Made by a program: the position numbers and the translations under genes. A stretch of 64,000 nucleotides of DNA. It comes from Nemertoderma westbladi. Lineage: Eukaryota > Animalia > Xenacoelomorpha. Within the stretch, counting starts at the first letter, position 1; each line of letters begins with the position of its first letter. The stretch covers positions 112,059 through 176,058 of the forward strand of contig JAUCBJ010003602.1 of assembly GCA_032718475.1 (NCBI GenBank), written 5' to 3'. Shown here piece by piece: positions 1-13,300 of this stretch. The notes under the pieces were generated by a model that searched no databases, had not been told where the DNA came from, and saw only the letters and a program-made list of their open reading frames with translations.

Positions 1-60
1 GCTGGCTACAATTACACAGGAGAAGCAGCCCCACATGGACCCCCTTATGTACAAGCAGGA

Positions 61-3000
61 ATGGTCCCTCAATGTTATCAGAGCGGAGGAGAGAGTGAGT
101 TAAGTCATATGGCGGCAATAACAGACGCCATAAAAGCCAAGCTAGAACTGCCACAGGCTAAACCGTTTACCTTCAGTGGAGAATACCCGGAAGAATATAT
201 TCAGTTTCGACAGCTATATACCACTGAAATTCTACTGAAACATAACCTGTCAGAAGCACAGAAGATGACCTACCTGATGGTTTACACAACTGGCAAAGCA
301 AAGGAAGTTGTTAGACAATATGCAGGCCTAACAGATGGTTTGCGACTAGCATGGGAAGCCATTGAAAAGCGATATGGAAATCCTTCACGTATAATGCAGG
401 CAACAATCAACAAATTGGTCACTAACAAACAAATCACCACGACTGCCGAGTTTAGGGACTTTACAGAAAGGGTAAACAAAGCCCTGGTTGCCTTGAAGGA
501 ACTCGATATGCCGCATGAGTTGAATGGCATCCATAACATGCGAAAAATAATTGAACTAATTCCCTATTGGGCGAGGAACGCATGGAGAAAGGAAGCAGCA
601 CGGACTCGCAGCCAACTGAACCGCGAACCAACCATGAACCAACTGGCGAAATTCCTTTCAGATCAAACCGAGATACAAGATGACCCTGTATTCGCAGAGG
701 GACTACTATCAGCTGGTATCGCTGAGCGCCGGGACCGATCACATTCACGGGATGACTCAACCCGACAATCGAGAGCAGATTACCCCCGAAAAACAAATAT
801 GCTGGTACCAAAGAAATCATTTGAATCTAACAAAGGGATGATAAAACCTGAACGAGAGCAAGTCTACACAACAACGTCGACTAGTCCGATGAAGAGCCTA
901 CAATCGGACAAACAAGTCCGTTTCTCCAGCTACTCCCCAAAGCCACATACCCCAGATAGAGATTCCCAGGAGTTGGTATACACCCTTGCAACCTGTGATC
1001 CAAGCGCAAAGTGCTATCTACATCCAAATGCAAGAGACCATCAATTCGTGCAGTGTACCCAATGGATAAATGCCGCTGCGGATGAAAAATGGGACTATTT
1101 AAAGAAGAATGGACTGTGTAGGAGATGCTATGGGCGTGGCCACATTGGACGCGACTGTCCGCACAACTCCAACACCAGGCATGAACCCAGAACATATGAA
1201 CGATCCAGATCATACTCACCCGGAGGAGCGAGCGGGCTGACACCCCTCACAAAGGAAACTAAAAATCTAAAACCCCATAGTAACCGAGGAGATACTGATA
1301 CTACTACTGTTAACCAAAATAAAAATGAGAATCTAACATCTAAGACAGGGGGGGATCAGACCCAACATCCTAACCCTGCCTGGATGGCGAGATACAAGGA
1401 TCCCCAGGGATCTGAAGTGAGTGGAACCACTGTTAATAAGACCCAGGCAGTGACCCACATGGCGACATGTATGTCCCTGTCAGGGATTAAAGTGTACCTC
1501 AAAATTGTGCCAGTAAAAGTAATGTATAAAAATGAAAAACAAGTAACAACATATGCCTTCCTAGATGATGGTGCGACTATAAGTCTAATAAGTCGTACCC
1601 TTGCTGATACTCTGGGAATGGAGGGAACCAGAACTAAGTTAGGCCTGGCCATGGTGGGCCACCAGACAACATCAATGGGGGCCATGAGTACCAAGTGCTC
1701 CATAGGTGCTCTGGAAGGCCGAGGGACACTCATCATTCATGATGCTGAGGTAGAAGTAATACCAGACGTTGGAGTTAACTGTACCCAACCAGATGAGGTA
1801 GAAATTGAGAGATACCAACACTTAAAGGGAATTAACTTAACAAACTTGCACATTGACATACCCTATGTGACTGTACTGCTTGGGATGAACAATCCTGAGG
1901 CACATGAAGAACTGGAAGTTAGGAAAGGTAGCAACCCAGGGAAGACACCATGGGGAAAGCTAACACCATTTGGGTGGTGTGTGACTGGACCACTGGAAAC
2001 AACAGACTATATACACAACAAAACGAAGCGAGGTCTGGTGAATCATGTGGAAATAACTACAGACTTAGAGACATTACTGAATAGGGACTGTGAGGGCCTT
2101 CATGACAACACATTGGGAGACTCTCCAGAGGACCGTAGGGCCTTACAGACTCTTAAGGACTCAATCCAACTGATAGATGGACACTACGAGGTAGACATGT
2201 TGTGGAAGGACCCCAATGAACGGCTTGAAAACAACTACATAATGGCGAGAAATCGTCTGAGAAAGTTAAAAGAAAAACTGAGGAAACTACCAGCAGCAGA
2301 AGAAGCCATAAACAAGGCAATATGTAAGTATATAGAAAGGGGGTGGGCAATAGAACTTCCAGAGGATGCACAGGAAACTGACCGGACGTATTACTTACCG
2401 ATACACACAGTGTGGGAACCAAGAAAGAACAAATACCGAGTAGTACATGATGCTGCAGCGAAGTACCATGGAAAATCGCTAAATGATTACCTTGTTCGTG
2501 GACCCAATATATACAACACAGGACTAGACGTTCTTCTAAGATTCAGGAAGGGAACATTTGCTTTCACATGTGATGTGGAAGCAATGTTCCACCAGGTACG
2601 GGTGAACCCAAAAGACAGCAACAGCTTACGGTTCCTTTGGTATGAAGGGGAGCTAGGCTCAAAGGAACCCAAAATCTACAAAATGATCGTCCATATTTTT
2701 GGTGCTAATTCATCTCCATGTGCGACAACATACGCTTTGAGAGAGACTACAAATGGCGAAAATCCTGCAATCCAGAATCCATCAGCAGATACAGTGGAAA
2801 TGATTCGAGAACATTTTTATGTTGATGACGGACATGAGACAGGAAACTCAGAGGAGGAGTTGGTCAGGATTGCCAAGGAGGCTAAACTTTGTTTAGCGGG
2901 GGGAGGATTCAACCTGACCAAGTTTTTATCAAATTCCGAATATATTACCAACTGCATGACAGACGGGACCCAACAGGAGCCACTGAACAAATTAACCACA

Positions 3001-5494
3001 GAACCAGAATACAAACCAATGATAGAAGCTGATGGAGACAGCGACGAAGTTCGAGCTTTAGGGATAGTCTGGAACCGAAGAACAGATGCATTTGAGTACC
3101 ATATGGCGAAAATGAAAAGAGGGAAACATACTAAAAGGGAATATCTATCCTTTGTTGCCCGGATCTATGACCCAATGGGTCTACTCTCAAGGATCACAGT
3201 TGTTGGTCGACAAATACTTAGGGAAGCCCATCTACTGAAAGTTGGTTGGAATGATGAACTTCCCGAAGGAATAAGGAAGAAATGGGACAAATGGATGGAT
3301 AGTTTACAACTACTAGATAAGATCACGATAGATCGGGCCTACTTTCCCGACGGAAACATGGAAAACTTAGAGATACATATCTTCAGTGACGCCTCAGACA
3401 AAGGCTATGGAGCAGTAGCCTATGTGGTTCAAAGACAGAATAATAGAAGGAGGGCACGGGTTGCATATAGTAAGGCGAGACCGGCCCCATTAAAAATTGT
3501 CACAATTCCTAGGATAGAACTCATGGCAGCTTTATTAGGAGTGAGAATAGGAAGACAGTTAGGAAAGGCGATTGGAAATATACAAACCTGGTATTTTTGG
3601 ACTGACTCTACCACTGTTATTCATTATATCAGGACTGACGCACGAAGATTCAAAGTCTTTGTTGCTAATCGAGTTGCAGAAATCCAAGAACTAACAGACA
3701 TCAACAACTGGAACTATTGTCCAACGTCAATAAATCCCGCAGACCAAATATCGAGAGGAATAATTGGAACACAGAAGAAGGAAGACGAAGATCTGTGGCA
3801 ATATGGCCCGGAGTACCTCAAGGACGAAGGAAGATGGCCTGAATTTCCAGGAGGTCCACAGGCTCTACTGGAAGGAGTCAAAGGGGATGACCCGGAATTA
3901 CGAAGGGAATTAGTTATGTCAACCACTATAAGAGACAAACCAACAATGACAGAGCGAATACTCCACCATGATCGCTCATGGTATGACACTAAACGGCGTG
4001 TAGCGCGATGGAGGATGTGGATGGCTTGGATACGAACACGGAAAAGTGGAGGGCCCCGACCAGAACTACATGTGGAAAATGCAGGGATGGCTATCATAAA
4101 GTACATTCAACAGGAGGGCTTCCCAGATGAAGTGGAGAAACTAGTGGTTGGAAAACCTATCCCGAAAGACAGCAACCTGAGACCATTGAGCCCCATTATG
4201 AAGGATGGAGTAGTCTGTATGGGCTCCCGGCTGGGGAATGCTCCAGGAGGGATTGTCCCTGATTGCCCCATATTGATCCCGAAAGACTCAGTTATCGTGG
4301 ATAAGATTATACACGATTCCCATGAAGCCTCACAACATGGAGGTGTGGAAGCAACACTCACGAGGATACGGAGGAAATTCTGGATTCCAGCAGTCAGGAG
4401 AAGAGTGAAGGGCTGGGTGGAGAAGTGTGTTACCTGTCGCACCATTCGCCGACAGAGGGTGGAGCAGGTGATGGCACCTTTACCTGCGGAGCGGATAACA
4501 CCCTATGAGCCACCATTCACAAATTGTGGTGTTGACCTCTTTGGTCCGATTAACGTCAAAGTGGGCCGACGATACGAGAAACGATGGGGTTCCATATTTG
4601 TGTGTTACGCCTCAAGGGCTGTTGCCCTGGAATTAGTTAAAGATGCAAGCGCGAACTCATTTATTAATGCACTCAGAAGATTCATTACAAGGTGTGGAGC
4701 AGTGCGAAGGATTAGCTCTGATAATGGGTCGAATTTCATTGGAGCTAATCGAGAACTTCAAGATCTATACCGGATTGCGCAAACACCTGCTATTGAAGAA
4801 CATGCGAGGAAACAAGGTGTCAAGTGGAAATTCCATACCCCTTATGCCCCCCATTCTTCAGGAGTCTGGGAAAGACTTGTAGGAAGTGCTGAGCGGCTCT
4901 TAGAGGCAAGCATAGCACTAGATGCATTCTTAAAAATGCAGCTGCAATGCAGCATGCCGATCCTAGTAGTAGTAGGTAGTAGTAGAGGCAAGCACCCGAA
5001 ATCGATGCCTTGATGAGGACGCATTCCGCACAGTGTTAGCAGAAACAGAGGCAACAATGAATGCGCGGCCGCTATGTGCGTTAAATGATGACCCGAATTC
5101 TTACGAGGTTTTGACACCAAACCATCTACTACTGAGGAGACCAGTCCAGGTTTTGAGTAAAGACCTGTTCGACGAGAATGACCTATATTCCAGAAAGACA
5201 TGGAAAGTAATACAAGTAGTATCAAAGATATTCTGGCGCCAATGGGTAACTGAATATTTACCAACCCTTCACAAGCGACACAAGTGGCGGGTGGAAAGGA
5301 GAGATCTGAAACCGGGAGATCTAGTCATAGTGACAGATGACACCCTAGCGAAACACGATTGGGTGATGGCTAGAGTAGTAAATTGCCTGCAGGGACCCGA
5401 TGGGCACACTAGAACAGTCGAATTGAAGACGAGTGGAAAGAAACTTGTAAGACGTCCGATAAGCAAATGTTGCTTATTGGAGCAAACTGTCTAA
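61..5494 (+). pseudogene. BEL/Pao gag-pol polyprotein, frameshifted by an 82-bp insertion plus TSD (4913-4994)
   Basis: Deleting 4913-4994 fuses ORF 61..5013 with ORF 5033..5494: ...GVWERLVGSAERLLEASTRNRCLDEDAFRTVLAETEATMNARPL...; the frame is also open upstream to base 1. Confidence 0.92.
4913..4982 (+). mobile_element. Extremely 5'-truncated RTE LINE insertion (3' end plus (TAG)n tail)
   Basis: 4924-4975 matches the 3' end of the RTE at 36239-36290; flanked by direct repeat TAGAGGCAAGCA (4901-4912 and 4983-4994). Confidence 0.93.
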
Positions 5495-5524
5495 TTTATG
5501 CCAAAGTCATGGGGGGAGGGTCCA

Positions 5525-6555
5525 TGTATACCTCAAATCGTACCTAAATTAAGATTCATAATATATTATCAAATTTACAAATGAGTAGAAGAAAACTGAA
5601 CTAGTACTTTAGGATAGGCAGATACCGGTATATAGGTACATTGACTGAATGGTAACCTGGGGTGAAATTTATGTTTCCGGAACATAAAATGTACGTGTGA
5701 AATGAATGAATGGTTATATGACGCAATACTGAACACAGCCCTAATGAACAATGAACTTGCAACTTCTCAGTTGCGGAATGAACTGAAGGAATGAATGAAT
5801 GGAACAATTGTCGTATAAAATGAACTTAAATTATGGAAAACATAGATTTCATTAGCAGCAACCATAGAACATGAAACCAGCAAATTCCAGAACGTATAAT
5901 ACAACTTTATAGTGTAACTGACCATTTAGTCGATTATGGATATTATACGTTATTAATGATAGTACTTGATCTGGATATAGAAGAATTATCATATATAACT
6001 AGCTTATTAGAATTAATCTCAGAGGAGCCGTAATGAGGACTGTGATGTGTAAAGGATGCGATGGCGAAGTGGTACCACGGGGAGAAACATTTAAAACTTG
6101 GCTTATGAACTGTCTTGTCTCAGGGTACGAAATGGAGGAACGCGAAAGTATCGTGACCGCGAATTCTGATAGAAAGGAAGGATTCCCCACCGCAGGAGAC
6201 CCCATGGGGGGAGTGACCATGGTAGCAGCGACTAGTGGTGACCGTGGATGGAGCGTTTATGTTAGATTGTTATTACAAAAATAAACGAGGGACCCCATAA
6301 TCATGAAAGGGAAATACATTACTTGATATGCTCTAACCATATATATATATATAATTGAATGGCACTACCTTTGCAATACGTACCTAGGATGAACTAACTA
6401 GCGATTTATCTTGAAGCATTATTGAACCACGAAATATTTTATATATCGGTATTTTAAAAGGACTTGAATGAATTGTAATGAATTTATAGAGGGAAATAGG
6501 AAACCACTCATGGTTTGGCAAACCATGAGCGTGTAATGTTGCCAGGGGGCCTACA
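5525..6555 (+). repeat. Putative 3' LTR of the BEL/Pao element
   Basis: Begins TGTA just after the purine tract, has AATAAA at ~6280 and ends TACA at 6552-6555; no 5' LTR in the window to confirm. Confidence 0.55.
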
Positions 6556-7399
6556 TCGCGGAATGACAGTTGATATGTATATCGTTTTCGGACTCAAACT
6601 TTTTAATATAGTCGTGATTTCCTCGAGAAACCATTTATAGTGGTTTCTGGGGGGAGTTTGTTCCCGACTATAGTCAGTATTTCATCGTATAGTATGGCCC
6701 AAAATTCTTATCACCTGTTATTGCCGTAGAAATTCCATTTTATTGAGTGAGAATGTCATGACGTCATAACATGACGTCACAAAAGTAAAAGTATAGTGTA
6801 TCTTGCATGAAGGCTTGCTCGCCTCATGATCACGAGAGAATTATCATATCCTATAATGAGTGAGTGAATATTAGAACCATTTAAAGTGAAAGGACACATT
6901 GAGTGAGAGGCAACAATGGAAGTGTAAGGCATCCTCTGGGATTTATCCTCACCTGTGTATATTGGTGTATAACGTATTATATATTTTGGCCCCATTTTCT
7001 ATGGCCTATTGTTATTAGGTAAACCAATCCCAGATGGCTTTCCTTCCATTCATATATGACAAGAGCAGGATGATATTAGATTCATTCTGTCGATATAACT
7101 TTGTAGAAACGTTACATAGTTTTCACCGTTCGTTCGTACTTTCGTTCTTTCGTTCGTTCTGACCTATTGGTCACTGAACTTAACTATTATTGTTCTAATT
7201 GAACTGAACGTACAGTACATTTGTACTGTACGTGTTATAAGTCATTTGTTGAAGGAAGGAAGCGTCATCATGTGATTGTGCACTGGTGCCGTTTATACAT
7301 ATTGAACATTAAAGTAACTAGGACTTGAACTGAGTTTTCTAGACGAATGAAACGGACGCGTAGAAACGACGTTCTTAGAGGGAAAGAATATCGACGGAA

Positions 7400-10300
7400 C
7401 AACCAATCAAATTCAAAGGTTTGTACATACAACCAATGTAAAGGTTTGTACATACAGTACAACCAATGTAAAGGTTTGTACATACAGTACAACCAATGTA
7501 AAGGTTTGTACATACAACCAATCAAATGTAAAGGTTTGTACATACAACCAATCAAATATAAAGTTTTGTACATTCAACCAATCAAATGTAAATGTTTGTA
7601 CATACAACCAATCAAATGTAAAGGTTTGTACATACAACCAATCAAATGTAAAGGTTTGTACATACAACCAATCAAATATAAAGGTTTGTACATACAACCA
7701 ATCAAATGCAAATGTTTGTACATACAACCAATCAAATTCAAAGGTTTGTACATACAACCAATCAAATATAAAGGTTTGTACATACAACCAATCAAATGTA
7801 AAGGTTTGTACATACAACCAATCAAATGTAAAGGTTTGTACATACAACCAATCAAATATAAAGGTTTGTACATACAACCAATCAAATGCAAAGATTTGTA
7901 CATACAACCAATCAAATTCAAAGGTTTGTACATACAACCAATCAAATGTAAAGGTTTGTACATGCAACCAATGTAAAGGTTTGTACATACAGTACAACCA
8001 ATGTAAAGGTTTTTTTACATACAACCAATCAAATGTAAAGGTTTGTACATACAACCAATCAAATGTAAAGGTTTGTACATACAACCAATCAAATGTAAAG
8101 GTTTGTACATACAACCAATCAAATGTAAAGGTTTTTTACATACCGGTACAACCAATCAAATGTAAAGGTTTGTACATACAACCTATCAAATGTAAAGGTT
8201 TGTACATACAACCAATCAAATGTAAAGGTTTGTACATACAACCAATCAAATGTAAAGGTTTGTACATACAACCAATCAAATGTAAAGGTTTGTACATACA
8301 ACCAATCAAATGTAAAGGTTTGTACATACAACCAATCAAATGTAAAGGTTTGTACATACAACCAATCAAATGTAAAGGTTTGTACATGCAACCAATCAAA
8401 TGTAAAGGTTTGTACATACAACCAATCAAATGTAAATGTTTGTACATACAACCAATCAAATGTAAAGGTTTGTACATGCAACCAATCAAATGTAAAGGTT
8501 TGTACATACAACCAATCAAATGTAAATGTTTGTACATACAACCAATCAAATGTAAAGGTTTGTACATGCAACCAATCAAATGTAAAGGTTTGTACAAACA
8601 ACCAATCAAATGTAAAGGTTTGTACATACAACCAATCAAATGTAAAGGTTTGTACATACAACCAATCAAATGTAAAGGTTTGTACATACAACCAATCAAA
8701 TGTAAAGGTTTGTACATGCAACCAATCAAATGTAAAGGTTTGTACATACAACCAATCAAATGTAAAGGTTTGTACATACAACCAATCAAATATAAAGGTT
8801 TGTACATACAACCAATCAAATGTAAAGGTTTGTACATACAACCAATCAAATGTAAAGGTTTGTACATACAACCAATCAAATGTAAAGGTTTGTACATGCA
8901 ACCAATCAAATGTAAAGGTTTGTACATACAACCAATCAAATGTAAAGGTTTGTACATACAACCAATCAAATGTAAAGGTTTGTACATGCAACCAATCAAA
9001 TGTAAAGGTTTGTACATGCAACCAATCAAATGTAAAGGTTTGTACATGCAACCAATCAAATGTAAAGGTTTGTACATACAACCAATCAAATGTAAATGTT
9101 TGTACATACAACCAATCAAATGTAAAGGTTTGTACATGCAACCAATCAAATGTAAAGGTTTGTACATACAACCAATCAAATGTAAATGTTTGCACATACA
9201 ACCAATCAAATGTAAAGGTTTGTACATGCAACCAATCAAATGTAAAGGTTTGTACATACAACCAATGTAAAGGTTTGTACATACAGTACAACCAATGTAA
9301 AGGTTTGTACATACAGTACAACCAATGTAAAGGTTTGTACATACAACCAATCAAATGTAAAGGTTTGTACATACAACCAATCAAATATAAAGGTTTGTAC
9401 ATACAACCAATCAAATGTAAATGTTTGTACATACAACCAATCAAATGTAAAGGTTTGTACATACAACCAATCAAATGTAAAGGTTTGTACATACAACCAA
9501 TCAAATATAAAGGTTTGTACATACAACCAATCAAATGCAAATGTTTGTACATACAACCAATCAAATTCAAAGGTTTGTACATACAACCAATCAAATGTAA
9601 AGGTTTGTACATACAACCAATCAAATGTAAAGGTTTGTACATACAACCAATCAAATGTAAAGGTTTGTACATACAACCAATCAAATATAAAGGTTTGTAC
9701 ATACAACCAATCAAATGCAAAGATTTGTACATACAACCAATCAAATTCAAAGGTTTGTACATACAACCAATCAAATGTAAAGGTTTGTACATGCAACCAA
9801 TGTAAAGGTTTGTACATACAGTACAACCAATGTAAAGGTTTTTTTACATACAACCAATCAAATGTAAAGGTTTGTACATACAACCAATCAAATGTAAAGG
9901 TTTGTACATACAACCAATCAAATGTAAAGGTTTGTACATACAACCAATCAAATGTAAAGGTTTTTTACATACAACCAATCAAATGTAAAGGTTTGTACAT
10001 ACAACCAATCAAATGTAAAGGTTTGTACATACAACCAATCAAATGTAAAGGTTTGTACATACAACCAATCAAATGTAAAGGTTTGTACATACAACCAATC
10101 AAATGTAAAGGTTTGTACATGCAACCAATCAAATGTAAAGGTTTGTACATACAACCAATCAAATGTAAATGTTTGCACATACAACCAATCAAATGTAAAG
10201 GTTTGTACATGCAACCAATCAAATGTAAAGGTTTGTACATACAACCAATGTAAAGGTTTGTACATACAGTACAACCAATGTAAAGGTTTGTACATACAGT

Positions 10301-13300
10301 ACAACCAATGTAAAGGTTTGTACATACAACCAATCAAATGTAAAGGTTTGTACATACAACCAATCAAATATAAAGGTTTGTACATACAACCAATCAAATG
10401 TAAATGTTTGTACATACAACCAATCAAATGTAAAGGTTTGTACATACAACCAATCAAATGTAAAGGTTTGTACATACAACCAATCAAATATAAAGGTTTG
10501 TACATACAACCAATCAAATGTAAATGTTTGTACATACAACCAATCAAATTCAAAGGTTTGTACATACAACCAATCAAATGTAAAGGTTTGTACATACAAC
10601 CAATCAAATGTAAAGGTTTGTACATACAACCAATCAAATGTAAAGGTTTGTACATACAACCAATCAAATATAAAGGTTTGTACATACAACCAATCAAATG
10701 TAAAGGTTTGTACATACAACCAATCAAATTCAAAGGTTTGTACATACAACCAATCAAATGTAAAGGTTTGTACATGCAACCAATGTAAAGGTTTGTACAT
10801 ACAGTACAACCAATGTAAAGGTTTTTTTACATACAACCAATCAAATGTAAAGGTTTGTACATACAACCAATCAAATGTAAAGGTTTGTACATACAACCAA
10901 TCAAATGTAAAGGTTTGTACATACAACCAATCAAATGTAAAGGTTTTTTACATACAACCAATCAAATGTAAAGGTTTGTACATACAACCAATCAAATGTA
11001 AAGGTTTGTACATACAACCAATCAAATGTAAAGGTTTGTACATACAACCAATCAAATGTAAAGGTTTGTACATGTACATACAACCAATCAAATGTAAAGG
11101 TTTGTACATACAACCAATCAAATGTAAAGGTTTGTACATACAACCAATCAAATGTAAAGGTTTGTACATGCAACCAATCAAATGTAAAGGTTTGTACATA
11201 CAACCAATCAAATGTAAATGTTTGTACATACAACCAATCAAATGTAAAGGTTTGTACATGCAACCAATCAAATGTAAAGGTTTGTACATACAACCAATCA
11301 AATGTAAATGTTTGTACATACAACCAATCAAATGTAAAGGTTTGTACATGCAACCAATCAAATGTAAAGGTTTGTACAAACAACCAATCAAATGTAAAGG
11401 TTTGTACATACAACCAATCAAATGTAAAGGTTTGTACATACAACCAATCAAATGTAAAGGTTTGTACATACAACCAATCAAATGTAAAGGTTTGTACATG
11501 CAACCAATCAAATGTAAAGGTTTGTACATACAACCAATCAAATGTAAAGGTTTGTACATACAACCAATCAAATATAAAGGTTTGTACATACAACCAATCA
11601 AATGTAAAGGTTTGTACATACAACCAATCAAATGTAAAGGTTTGTACATACAACCAATCAAATGTAAAGGTTTGTACATGCAACCAATCAAATGTAAAGG
11701 TTTGTACATACAACCAATCAAATGTAAAGGTTTGTACATACAACCAATCAAATGTAAAGGTTTGTACATGCAACCAATCAAATGTAAAGGTTTGTACATG
11801 CAACCAATCAAATGTAAAGGTTTGTACATGCAACCAATCAAATGTAAAGGTTTGTACATACAACCAATCAAATGTAAATGTTTGTACATACAACCAATCA
11901 AATGTAAAGGTTTGTACATGCAACCAATCAAATGTAAAGGTTTGTACATACAACCAATCAAATGTAAATGTTTGTACATACAACCAATCAAATGTAAAGG
12001 TTTGTACATGCAACCAATCAAATGTAAAGGTTTGTACATGCAACCAATCAAATGTAAAGGTTTGTACATACAACCAATCAAATGTAAATGTTTGTACATA
12101 CAACCAATCAAATGTAAAGGTTTGTACATGCAACCAATCAAATGTAAAGGTTTGTACATACAACCAATCAAATGTAAAGGTTTGTACATACAACCAATCA
12201 AATGTAAAGGTTTGTACATACAACCAATCAAATGTAAAGGTTTGTACATACAACCAATCAAATGTAAAGGTTTGTACATGCAACCAATCAAATGTAAAGG
12301 TTTGTACATACAACCAATCAAATGTAAAGGTTTGTACATACAACCAATCAAATATAAAGGTTTGTACATACAACCAATCAAATGTAAAGGTTTGTACATA
12401 CAACCAATCAAATGTAAAGGTTTGTACATGCAACCAATCAAATGTAAAGGTTTGTACATACAACCAATCAAATGTAAAGGTTTGTACATACAACCAATCA
12501 AATATAAAGGTTTGTACATACAACCAATCAAATGTAAAGGTTTGTACATACAACCAATCAAATGTAAAGGTTTGTACATACAACCAATCAAATGTAAAGG
12601 TTTGTACATACAACCAATCAAATGTAAAGGTTTGTACATACAACCAATCAAATGTAAAGGTTTGTACATACAACCAATCAAATGTAAAGGTTTGTACATG
12701 CAACCAATCAAATGTAAAGGTTTGTACATGCAACCAATCAAATGTAAAGGTTTGTACATACAACCAATCAAATGTATAGGTTTGTACATACAACCAATCA
12801 AATATAAAGGTTTGTACATACAACCAATCAAATGTAAAGGTTTGTACATACAACCAATCAAATGTAAAGGTTTGTACATGCAACCAATCAAATGTAAAGG
12901 TTTGTACATTCAACCAATCAAATGTAAATGTTTGTACATACAACCAATCAAATGTAAAGGTTTGTACATGCAACCAATCAAATGTAAAGGTTTGTACATA
13001 CAACCAATCAAATGTAAATGTTTGTACATACAACCAATCAAATGTAAAGGTTTGTACATGCAACCAATCAAATGTAAAGGTTTGTACATACAACCAATCA
13101 AATGTAAATGTTTGTACATACAACCAATCAAATGTAAAGGTTTGTACATGCAACCAATCAAATGTAAAGGTTTGTAAATACAACCAATCAAATGTAAAGG
13201 TTTGTACATACAACCAATCAAATGCAAAGGTTTGTACATACAACCAATCAAATATAAAGGTTTGTACATACAACCAATCAAATGTAAAGGTTTGTACATA

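Larger units (their letters stand above)
1..6555 (+). mobile_element. BEL/Pao LTR retrotransposon (5' part outside the window)
   Basis: Gag-pol order: gag with Cys/His knuckles (CRRCYGRGHIGRDC), protease (AFLDDGATISL), RT (YRVVHDAA, FYVDD), Pao-type RNase H (IFSDASDKGYGAVAY, TIPRIELMAA, WTDSTT), integrase (H-H-C-C, GVDLFGP, SDNGSNF, GVWERLV). Purine tract at ~5510-5520, then a putative 3' LTR. Confidence 0.95.

Noticed and set aside
5013-5033. Programmed frameshift or separate env-like ORF in the BEL element
   Set aside because: Fully explained by the RTE insertion and its TSD
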